Source: an uncultured delta proteobacterium (GTDB taxonomy: Bacteria > Desulfobacterota > Binatia > Bin18). From it: a stretch of 64,000 nucleotides of DNA. This document shows, one piece after another, positions 41,609-50,444 of this stretch. Position numbers and translations under genes: made by a program. Positions within the stretch are counted from its first letter, which is position 1. Every line of letters starts with the position of its first letter. The DNA lies in assembly GCA_963733195.1 (NCBI GenBank), contig CAVTCR010000074.1, positions 32,001 to 96,000 on the forward strand. Reading direction: 5' to 3'. The notes beneath the pieces were generated by a model. That model saw only the letters and a program-made list of their open reading frames with translations. It was not told the DNA's origin and searched no databases.

Positions 41609-42476
41609 AGTCGCCAAACAGAATGGTCATAAATTGGGTAGTTTCTCGTTTTGTCGCGAGCAAAACTTCAGCGAGATGCCCAGACGACAGTCGTAGTACT
41701 TCCCAGGAGAGCGGGACAAAGGGAGGGAAGTGACAACTCCCACTCACTCCAAGGCCCAGGCCAATGCTGATCAGGTCAGCGCAATGCACCACATGTTCGT
41801 GCAATGTCGGAGAGAGGATGTCAGGGACCGCAGGAGAATGATGATAGGCAATCGCACGCTGGATCGCAGGAGATAATCCCCATCGATGCACGAGAAAGCC
41901 GCCCGTTTGCGTATGCGAAAATCCCAAAACTCTCCGCTCTGCGGTCTCAAGAGTCAGTCGTTCAGTTGCCGCGAGTATCAAAGCAGCGTGGAACTTATCT
42001 GCGACGTATTGGTTATGAATCAACTTACCGATGTCATGCAACAAGCCGGCAACAAAAAACTCCTCGGGATGTTCTTCCCCGACCCACATGGCAAGCTGTC
42101 GTGCGGCAGCTGCGGTTCCGAGGCAATGCTCCCAGAATGCTGGTTGCGACAAGGGGCCATGCCCTTCTTGCTGGAACATGTCGATGACACTCGTAGTGAG
42201 GATCAATTGTTTCAGTGCATCATATCCAACGGTACGAATTGCGTCTGCGACAGTAGAAACTGGAGCACTCAAACGATACAAGGGCGAATTGACGAAATGC
42301 AGCAATCGTGCGGTGATGACTGGATCTTGTCTGACAATGCGCTCAATCTCCCAGATGGAGGAAAAAGGATTATCGATGGTCGACGCCAGGCGTTGGTAGA
42401 TTTCCGGTAACGTCGGCAACTCATGAATCCGCTCGACGACGAACGGTGGTTCTCCTGTCAGCAGTTCCGGGATCAT
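41598..42476 (-). CDS. HDOD domain signal transduction protein
   Basis: LPTLP, DPVITARLL..VNS, FWEH, GLLHDIGK and W..S..I..AIAYHH. Confidence 0.9.
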   Translation of the reverse strand: MIPELLTGEPPFVVERIHELPTLPEIYQRLASTIDNPFSSIWEIERIVRQDPVITARLLHFVNSPLYRLSAPVSTVADAIRTVGYDALKQLILTTSVIDMFQQEGHGPLSQPAFWEHCLGTAAAARQLAMWVGEEHPEEFFVAGLLHDIGKLIHNQYVADKFHAALILAATERLTLETAERRVLGFSHTQTGGFLVHRWGLSPAIQRAIAYHHSPAVPDILSPTLHEHVVHCADLISIGLGLGVSGSCHFPPFVPLSWEVLRLSSGHLAEVLLATKRETTQFMTILFGDYAE

Positions 42477-42823
42477 TGTCCGTGTCTTCCTGAGTATTCC
42501 GCGTCTTTCAGCGCGTCGTATTTGACCAACCGGCGGAGCTCCATCACAAACTGATGAGGGTCTGCGCCATAGAACCGATCATCAATCATCGCCGAAAGTT
42601 GTTGGAGAACCACAGTGGCGGACATCTGCTCTTCCAGTTCTTGGAGGGATGGGTCAGAAACCCCTTGCACCTCAACGTCAATAACACCCCAGGTTTGGAA
42701 TACGCTGATCACACGTTTATCTAGAATCGTCCCAGCATCGGCTAATTGTTGTCGATAGTCATTAAATACTGGTTTACTTAAAACCATTCCTGGCTTGAGG
42801 ATAGATGCTGTCACATGTCCCAT
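42473..42823 (-). CDS. Hypothetical protein (LKPGMVL-type domain found next to HDOD/HD-GYP genes)
   Basis: LKPGMVLSKPV.ND..QQLADAGTIL; ATGA overlap with the HDOD gene. Confidence 0.65.
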   Translation of the reverse strand: MGHVTASILKPGMVLSKPVFNDYRQQLADAGTILDKRVISVFQTWGVIDVEVQGVSDPSLQELEEQMSATVVLQQLSAMIDDRFYGADPHQFVMELRRLVKYDALKDAEYSGRHGQ

Positions 42824-43543
42824 GGCTGTGCTCGTTATAATAACTATCGGATGGACGCAGAGTTCCTGAAATGAGCACAGCAGCTTTGCGCTACTCCCAT
42901 CCGGAGAGGCGTAAGGCGTATATCTGACAAACTTTAGGTCTGTCAAATAGCGGAATGGGGGATAATCCTCTAGGTATTCCCCGGTGACACAGGGAAGATA
43001 TAGGGGAAGATCCCTAAGCTCCTGTTGAATCTCAGGTTTTTATTGGCACGATGGTAGGCCAGGAAAGGAAAATGAGCAAAGGTAACCTCACTACTAACGT
43101 GCAATCTTCTCTACAGAGAGGAAATAGCGGAACAGGGGATCTCCTATTGCCGATTCAACCGTCCATGGTAAGGCAGAGCGAAATGGCGTCTCTCGTACTA
43201 GGAAATCTGGCCTCTGGCAGCCTCGACAATGGTGCGACGCACACGGGTCGAGGTGGGCGAGCACCTCTCCCTGTCCATCGAAATGTTCGACTATTTATTC
43301 CTCGATTGCAGTCTTGGCAGCTTGACGTTGTTCCAGATTCCAAGCGCGTAAGAGCCAGATGTAAGTCGGTATGATGGCGGATGCCTGAACTCCATGAATG
43401 GAGACAGTGAAGGTCGATCCATGCTGCGACGAGGGGATTACGCGGAGGGAAAAGAAGGGAGCTGGGATAAATGGATAAGGGGGAAAACCTTCCCTCCCCC
43501 ATTTACCCACTTATCCTCTTTCCATTTATCCTAACTTTAGCCG

Positions 43544-44818
43544 TTACGCCGCTTTCTGCGCGCGTGCCTTACTTGGCGTGAGTTGGCAGGTCACAAACTG
43601 TCCACCTTTCATGACCACATCGAGGTTGTTCCGGTCCTGTAATACCGTGATGTTCTTCGCCGGATTACCGTCAACTACGAGCAGGTCCGCGAGCTTCCCA
43701 GACTCGATCGTCCCCCCTTCGCTGCCTAGACCAAGTAACTCATAGCCATTCTTAGTTGCCCAGGTGATGACTTCCAGTGGCGATATGCCGGGGCCCTTCA
43801 CATAGGCTTCGAGCTCGCGGGTGTAGTCCCCATGCGGCATCGCACCAATACCGAAATCGTCACCGATGACAAATTTGACTCCGGCTTTTTGCGCTTTGGG
43901 GATGATATTGTAGGAATGCTCGAGCCCACGCTCCATCTCTTCGACTCCACCAAAACCGCTCTTGCCAGTGCGTCGCTTTTCTTCGACCATCATCCACGGA
44001 AAGTACAAGCTCGGGGTAACGAACGTGCCTTGTTTAACGAACCCTTCGATGCACTCGTCATCCATCATGTCGCCATGATCGATCACATCGATATCAGCCT
44101 TGAGCCCAGCCAGAATCCCTTTCTTTGAGATAATGTGACCGCGAATTTTCTTGCCGCGCTCGTGCGCTGCTTCCGCTGCGGCGTCCATTTCAGCTTGACT
44201 CATGGTCATCACATCTGCCGGCCACATAAGTCCATGTCCGCCGGTAGGATAGAGTTTAATAATCTCTACCCCAAGCTTAATTTCTTCGCGCACCGCTTTA
44301 CGAAAATCGTCTGGGCCATCACAAATGCGTGCGAGGCCGTCCATGTTCAGTTTCCAGAAGTTCGGATGGCAATCAACGGAATCCCCTGTGGTGACGAGGT
44401 CACGTCCGCAGGCAAGAAAATGCGGTCCGGGGATCATATTACTGTTGATCGCACGTTTGAGCGTCACATCAATATTGTGCATTGTCCCGGCACCGACGGC
44501 GCCAGTATAACCAGAACGCAGGAGTAACTCAGCATTCTTTGCGGCAATGAGTGTAAGGTATGTCGGTGGATGTTTCATGTCGATGTCGTTCATGCTGAAC
44601 ACGTTGTCGTACGCAACATGATAGTGACACATGACCATACCGGGCATGAGTGACTTGCCACCGAGATCATAGACAACATCTTGCGCCGTTGGCTTTGGGA
44701 TGTTGCCATTGGTCCCTACGGCTTTGATACGCTCTCCTTCGACCACGACTGTAGTATTGGGTTGTGGTTTATTGACGCCATCGATGAGATTTGCCCCTCG
44801 GAAGAATACACGTCCCAT
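43544..44818 (-). CDS. Metal-dependent amidohydrolase
   Basis: PGMVMCHYH, IKLYPTGG, GH, DHG, GDD and G.IESGKLADL. Confidence 0.9.
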   Translation of the reverse strand: MGRVFFRGANLIDGVNKPQPNTTVVVEGERIKAVGTNGNIPKPTAQDVVYDLGGKSLMPGMVMCHYHVAYDNVFSMNDIDMKHPPTYLTLIAAKNAELLLRSGYTGAVGAGTMHNIDVTLKRAINSNMIPGPHFLACGRDLVTTGDSVDCHPNFWKLNMDGLARICDGPDDFRKAVREEIKLGVEIIKLYPTGGHGLMWPADVMTMSQAEMDAAAEAAHERGKKIRGHIISKKGILAGLKADIDVIDHGDMMDDECIEGFVKQGTFVTPSLYFPWMMVEEKRRTGKSGFGGVEEMERGLEHSYNIIPKAQKAGVKFVIGDDFGIGAMPHGDYTRELEAYVKGPGISPLEVITWATKNGYELLGLGSEGGTIESGKLADLLVVDGNPAKNITVLQDRNNLDVVMKGGQFVTCQLTPSKARAQKAA

Positions 44819-44995
44819 TAGGAAATCCTCCTTATCGCAGTATCGTTACAAGTGACCTCCGCGGCCAGTAAAATTCCTTATCTGCTTCAGGGTTCGGATT
44901 GTCAAGAGAACGCAGTTATCAGTCGTGGAGTGTGGTCTGCATTAAATCTCTCCCCTGGCCGTGATTCGCAGGCATTGGTAATGTAAGAGCATCCA

Positions 44996-45797
44996 ATGCC
45001 TGTGGAAAAGCTCTTCACTGCTCTGGTCCTTGCAGGTCGCCGCGGTCCGACTGATCCAGTTGCCCAGGCTGCAGGGTGTAGTCACAAAGCGCTTGTGCCG
45101 ATTGCGGGTATCCCAATGCTCGTGCGAGTGTTGCGTGAGCTGCGAGCAGTCCCGCACGTCAAACAGATCGCTGTGAGTATCGACGATCCGGCAATTCTCG
45201 ACGGAGTCGGAGAGCTTCGATCGTTAGTTGAAAGTGGTGCGATTCACGTATATCCCAGTGGCCCGTCGCCGGCAGCAAGTGTTTTGGCTTATTTTCAGTC
45301 TCTCACAGCGGGGGAGCCGTTACTGGTAACCACAGCGGACCACCCGCTCTTGACGACAGAGATGCTTACCTACTTTTGTACGGCAGTGGCCGAGAATGAT
45401 GCTGATATCATGGCTGGAGTGATGGCGGCTTCAGTATTTCGTGTACGCTATCCGCACTCGAAACGCAGCTTCATTCCTCTACGAGAGGAAAGCTTCTGCG
45501 GCACCAATCTCTTTGCCCTGTGTACTCCACAGGCGGCAGCCGCGGCGCAATTCTGGGGGTATGCGGGACAGTTTCGCAAACGTCCGTGGCGACTGATCAG
45601 TACCTTTGGTTTGATAAACCTGCTGTTACTCGCACTCAAGCGACTTGATCTGAAAGCTGCGATTCCTCGGGCGTCTCGTGTTCTCGGCGCGCGAGTCGCT
45701 GTGGTACAGATGCCCTTCCCGGAAGTGTGCGATTGATGTCGATAATGTGGAGGATTTCGCGACTGCAACGCGTATTCTTAACGGACGTGAGAAGTGA
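44996..45797 (+). CDS. Nucleotidyltransferase (cytidylyltransferase; CpgD-like), 1-nt slip near 45725
   Basis: LVLAGRRG..DPVA...HKALVPIAG, TTADHPLL and GTNLF; the corrected tail is AIDVDNVEDF. Confidence 0.8.
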
Positions 45798-45801
45798 GAC
45801 G

Positions 45802-46041
45802 ATGGAATCAATTCCTTGGCATTGCCAGGTCTGTGGGTATGATTTTGAAACCTCGCGTGGCGGACTATGCCGACGATGTCAGAAACCTGCCTGTAGGAGT
45901 TGTCTCCATTCTGGAGAAGTAAAAACCCAATCTCGTGAGGAAACTGGCTTTCTGTGGGTATGTACGCAATGCCTGACAGATGAGGAAAAGAAACAGCTTC
46001 CGCTATGGTCAAAACTCTTCCGTTGGCGGCCAAGACGTTGA
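45802..46041 (+). CDS. Small 8-Cys zinc-finger protein (FYVE/Rabphilin-like spacing)
   Basis: 79 aa with CQVC, CRRC, CRSC and CTQC; starts 4 nt after the NTase stop. Confidence 0.6.
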   Translation: MESIPWHCQVCGYDFETSRGGLCRRCQKPACRSCLHSGEVKTQSREETGFLWVCTQCLTDEEKKQLPLWSKLFRWRPRR

Positions 46042-46058
46042 TAGAGTAGCGAAGCTGT

Positions 46059-47015
46059 TCAGCGAAAAATTCCATCTGCTTGTAGTGTTCGTTCTTTTTT
46101 ATTGACGAAGCAATGAGTCGTCGAATCATACGCCCGGACTGCCATACGGATGTCAAAGCGAGGAGCCCGCGGCTCACTGTTACTTCGTTCAATACGATAC
46201 AGATGGTACCGTGCGCGTTTCTTTGGCTGACTGCCGATGGCTGATGCGGAACGCACACCAACGACGGGAATCGGTCCTTTCGGTCCGGGTATGCTCCTGA
46301 GCACGGTCCTATGTAAGTGGCCGTGCAAGACAAGTTCTGCTCCGGTCTTGCGTAACACTTCACAGAAGGCTGCCGTGTCAGTCAAACGGCGACGAGCTCC
46401 AACGTCCTCGTCCGGAGGATGGTGGATGAGCACGACGCGGCAAAGATTGGTCGCAGCAAACTGTTGTAACAACCGTTCGAGCCTTTCCAATTGTTGAGGG
46501 CCGACCGAACCATTGGCTGCAAGCCACGAAGCCGGAGGAAAGGCTGTATTGACCCCGATTAGCACAATCGGTTCACGAACACGCACTGTAGGAAAGACAA
46601 CACCTTCGTGGGGAGTGCCATTCGCGCGCTGTGCTTCATCCGATTGTAGATACGCTTCCCAGTGCTTCCACGAGCGTGCGTAGGGCATTGGAATATATGC
46701 ATCGTGATTGCCGGGAATGATAAACACATTCTTTGCTGACCCGAGTTGTTGGAGCCACGACACTGCGGCGAGAAATTCTTCTTCAAGGCTAATGTTGGCC
46801 AGATCCCCGGTGACGACGACAGCATCATGCGGCTGTTGGTGCAAGTCGGCGATGAGCGTCTGCAAGACCTCCGGACGATACTCTTTCTGTCGCCGCAAGA
46901 TCCATGATAACCAACCAAGGATCCGCTTATTCAGTAAGACGAGAGGATTCGTCACACGGACAGGAGTAGTATGAAGATCAGAGAGGTGGGCGAGTGTATA
47001 CACGTCGTGAGCCAT
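46059..47015 (-). CDS. Calcineurin-like metallophosphoesterase
   Basis: SDLH, TGDL, PGNHD, HHPP and HGHLH. Confidence 0.9.
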   Translation of the reverse strand: MAHDVYTLAHLSDLHTTPVRVTNPLVLLNKRILGWLSWILRRQKEYRPEVLQTLIADLHQQPHDAVVVTGDLANISLEEEFLAAVSWLQQLGSAKNVFIIPGNHDAYIPMPYARSWKHWEAYLQSDEAQRANGTPHEGVVFPTVRVREPIVLIGVNTAFPPASWLAANGSVGPQQLERLERLLQQFAATNLCRVVLIHHPPDEDVGARRRLTDTAAFCEVLRKTGAELVLHGHLHRTVLRSIPGPKGPIPVVGVRSASAIGSQPKKRARYHLYRIERSNSEPRAPRFDIRMAVRAYDSTTHCFVNKKERTLQADGIFR

Positions 47016-47093
47016 GAGAATGTGTCAGCCTATACCATGTTCCCTCCTTATGATAATACCGTTTCTCTACAGAAAGGGAGAATAGCGAAACTG

Positions 47094-48365
47094 ATGGCGA
47101 AGGAAACGAGGCAAGCGTGGATTGTTACCGAGCCGCAGCAATCTGATATTCGTGTCTGGGGCATTGCGCCGGCAGAACGGTTACGGCGAGCTTTGGATGC
47201 CGTTGGTGTCGCCAGCGAGCGCATCGATAGTGATCCCTCTGTTGATCTCCCATGTGTGACAGGTTCCCTTCTTCTCTTCCGGTCGGATTATGTGTTCGAT
47301 GAACGACTGATTCGGGCGTTGGTAGAATCAGTGGACATAGTGTTAGTCTCTCCATCTTCAGTATTTGATAGTGGAAGAGTGGTTGCGGCGCACGTGACGG
47401 CGTCTCATGCGACTGAGGCCCGGGATCTCTTGAGTGGACGATCTGTATCAAGAGAGTACCGTTCCGCTACCGAGCTGCACGTAGTTACTCCAACAGATTT
47501 GGTTCCTGCGTATACTGCAGCCTTACGCAAAACTGATCCGCCTTATCTTTTTGCTGTACAGCCGGAAAACCTCGCGGAGATCGAGGCGCGGATTTTCGCT
47601 GCGTCGTATAAGGGTATTACTGACCTAGTGACTAAATGGGTATGGCCGCGCCCTGCACGAATTGTGACACGTTGGTGCACGAATGCAGGTGTCACTCCTA
47701 ACATGATTACCTTTCTGAGTTGGGTGTTGGTCGTGCTGGTGACTTGGCTGTTTCTGCGCGGAGACTTTGGCCTGGGGCTCGTCTTTGCCTGGCTCATGAC
47801 TTTTCTCGATACAGTGGATGGGAAGCTCGCTCGGGTGACGCTAAACTCAAGTCGTATTGGTCATGTGCTTGACCACGGACTCGATATTCTTCATCCGCCC
47901 TTCTGGTATCTCGCCTGGTCAATGGGATTGCTCTTGGCCCCAGATGGTGGGAGTTTGAGCGCTAATAGTGACGTTGTTTCCTGGCTCAGACCTGCGGGAA
48001 TGATCACTGTAGTTGGCTATATCGTGGGTCGGTTGATTGAAGGACTCTTCATGCTCTTATTCAAAATGGAGATTCACTGTTGGCAGCCGATTGACGCATT
48101 TTTTCGTACGATTACTGCCCGTCGTAATCCAAACTTATTGTTACTCTCTGCTGCAACCCTTGTCGGTCGACCCGATATTGGGTTAGTACTGGTGGCTCTG
48201 TGGACGCTCTTTTCTATTGGGTTTCATACCGTGCGGGTGTGTCAAGCATCGGTCCATCGCCTCCGTGGTCAGTCGATTACGGTGTGGCAGGATGTGACGG
48301 CACGGCGAGACTCAAGCAACGAAACTGGGAGTGATCTCGAACGCCAGTGGGAGAGCGTGGCGTGA
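47094..48365 (+). CDS. CDP-alcohol phosphotransferase with soluble N-terminal domain (CpgA-like)
   Basis: DTVDGKLAR...G..LDHGLD signature; KGITDLVTKW, TPN and ARRNPN. Confidence 0.85.
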   Translation: MAKETRQAWIVTEPQQSDIRVWGIAPAERLRRALDAVGVASERIDSDPSVDLPCVTGSLLLFRSDYVFDERLIRALVESVDIVLVSPSSVFDSGRVVAAHVTASHATEARDLLSGRSVSREYRSATELHVVTPTDLVPAYTAALRKTDPPYLFAVQPENLAEIEARIFAASYKGITDLVTKWVWPRPARIVTRWCTNAGVTPNMITFLSWVLVVLVTWLFLRGDFGLGLVFAWLMTFLDTVDGKLARVTLNSSRIGHVLDHGLDILHPPFWYLAWSMGLLLAPDGGSLSANSDVVSWLRPAGMITVVGYIVGRLIEGLFMLLFKMEIHCWQPIDAFFRTITARRNPNLLLLSAATLVGRPDIGLVLVALWTLFSIGFHTVRVCQASVHRLRGQSITVWQDVTARRDSSNETGSDLERQWESVA

Positions 48366-49477
48366 GTGGTGGCAGTTTGTTGCGTGGGCGTCGGGCGAAA
48401 CCTCAGCGATTCTTGTCACCCTTTTTTGCGCTCTGTTTGCTGACGGTGCCTATTGTCAGCATTGCAGCGGAGTCGCGTGGCGACCCAGCTGCACATATCC
48501 TTCCCGGTGAGTTTGCTTCGGAGCACTGGGAGTTTACCGCCCGTTTCGATTCTGGCCACTTGCTGTTTGTTGAGTTCATTCTTACCAATATCGGCCTCGG
48601 CGATCGCAATGCAGCGGTGTTTGGCCATATCATCCCTCCAGGTGGGAAGCCGCATCGCTTTAGCAATGGTCGCACAGAAAGACACTGGACGTTGTCGCCC
48701 GATCGCTTACGGATGGAAGTGGGCACGAGTCTTCTCGATATGCACACGCCAACCTACAAGATGCAAGTGACTAAACGTAGGGTGCGTCTGGAATTGCAGA
48801 TTACTCCTGATGCGCGCCCATTGTGGTCGGGTACACTCGCGCCTCCAGGATATGCGCTTGACCTGTTAGCCGTTGCCGCGCCAATTGAGGGAACATTGTG
48901 GCTCAAAGGAATGACGAACCCAGCTCACGTTCGTGGGATTGTCGCAGCGACGCATAGTTGGACCAATGTCGCTGGTGCTGCATTGGTTTTGCGCAGAGTA
49001 GAGTTTTTCTCGCTGCAAAGAGAGACCCCCCTATATGGACTTGACCTGACCGCGCCTGATGGAACGCGGCGACGATGGATCGTCGTAAAGCAGTCGGATC
49101 GAGCTGATTATGTATCTGAGCATTTTGACCTCTCGTTCAACGGAGAATTGAAGGGGCGTAGTGAACGTGGATATACAGTGCCGAATGCATTGCAACTAAA
49201 AAATGCAGAGCTAGAAGGGCTAGTACGATTGGAGGCGCGGATTTTACAAGCTGATCCCTTTGTCGATCTTCCCCGACCGTTCCGTTACTTTGTCTCGCTT
49301 GTCCTTGACCTCCGCCCGCGACGCATCTGGGCGCAATCACAGTTTGAGATTTCTTGGCCGCTGTCCATGGACTCTGACCCAATACAGAGGCGTGGGTCCG
49401 GGATTACGGCTGTGACGTTCCTGAATCCACTTCCCTCTGTGATGGCAAGCGCTTATCGGGTTACGGCTCCGAGGTGA
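48362..49477 (+). CDS. Secreted beta-rich protein, putative Svf1/AttH-like lipocalin fold
   Basis: Signal-peptide-like N-terminus, then SEHWEF....SG..LFVEFILTNIG; GTGA overlap with the upstream gene. Confidence 0.6.
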   Translation: MSGGSLLRGRRAKPQRFLSPFFALCLLTVPIVSIAAESRGDPAAHILPGEFASEHWEFTARFDSGHLLFVEFILTNIGLGDRNAAVFGHIIPPGGKPHRFSNGRTERHWTLSPDRLRMEVGTSLLDMHTPTYKMQVTKRRVRLELQITPDARPLWSGTLAPPGYALDLLAVAAPIEGTLWLKGMTNPAHVRGIVAATHSWTNVAGAALVLRRVEFFSLQRETPLYGLDLTAPDGTRRRWIVVKQSDRADYVSEHFDLSFNGELKGRSERGYTVPNALQLKNAELEGLVRLEARILQADPFVDLPRPFRYFVSLVLDLRPRRIWAQSQFEISWPLSMDSDPIQRRGSGITAVTFLNPLPSVMASAYRVTAPR

Positions 49478-50440
49478 GTGGTGCGCATCGGTGTATTGAA
49501 CAACCTGCGTGCGGGTCGTAACCCGCGCCGAGTTGCACGGATGTTGTCGTTTCTCCGCGATTGTCCGGAGATTCCCCATGTGGAAACCGAAACCGGTGAG
49601 CACGTACAGGAGGCGCTCGTCACATTAGCGAAGCAAGATGTCGACATCCTGGCCGTCAACGGCGGTGATGGGACTATACAACGAGTCCTTACTGAACTCA
49701 TGGGAAACAAGATGTTTGAGCGAGTGCCATCAATCGTGCCGCTCCGTGGTGGTCGTACCAACATGATCGCACTGGACATCGGCAGTCAACGGAACCCAGT
49801 CGCTGCATTGGCTATTCTTCGTGATATCACTCGCACTAACAGTTCTCTCAATGGCAGAATGGTTGAGCGCTCGGTGCTGCGTATGGATCTTGAGCCAGAC
49901 GGTGTAACGCAATACGGCATGTCGTTCAGCGTTGGTCTGCTGCCACGTGCAATCGAGCTGACGCATCGTATGTTTCCAGAGGGGCGAGCGCAGGGAGTAC
50001 TCGGTTCAGGGATTGTTGCTGGGGGGTTGGTTCTGCGTGCTGCGTTTGGGAGGTTAGATGGTATTCTGCAACCGGACCCGATGGAAATCGCGCTCGACGG
50101 GTGCCTTCTGCCAGCGAAGGAATTCTTGGTGATGTTAGTCACCACCCTTGACCGGTTCTTTTTGCGGCTTCGTCCGTTTTGGGGACGTGAAGCTGCGCCC
50201 ATTCGTTTTATGGCGGTTGCGGCTGGAGCTGTACGACCGCCGCTAGCACTCCTCAAGATCCTCTATGGCCGCCCACCAGCGTGGATCACTCCAGAGGTTG
50301 GATATACGAGCCATAACGTCGAGCACATCGAACTGCGTGTCGATTGTGGCTTAGTAATGGACGGAGAGATGTTCGCTCCACGACCGGGCAGGAGAGTTAG
50401 GCTGTCGGCAGAACAGTGCCTGCAGTTTGTCCGCACATGA
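49478..50440 (+). CDS. Diacylglycerol/ceramide kinase family protein (CpgB-like)
   Basis: NNLRAG, NGGDGT, GGRTNMIA.D and MDGE. Confidence 0.85.
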   Translation: MVRIGVLNNLRAGRNPRRVARMLSFLRDCPEIPHVETETGEHVQEALVTLAKQDVDILAVNGGDGTIQRVLTELMGNKMFERVPSIVPLRGGRTNMIALDIGSQRNPVAALAILRDITRTNSSLNGRMVERSVLRMDLEPDGVTQYGMSFSVGLLPRAIELTHRMFPEGRAQGVLGSGIVAGGLVLRAAFGRLDGILQPDPMEIALDGCLLPAKEFLVMLVTTLDRFFLRLRPFWGREAAPIRFMAVAAGAVRPPLALLKILYGRPPAWITPEVGYTSHNVEHIELRVDCGLVMDGEMFAPRPGRRVRLSAEQCLQFVRT

Positions 50441-50444
50441 AATT

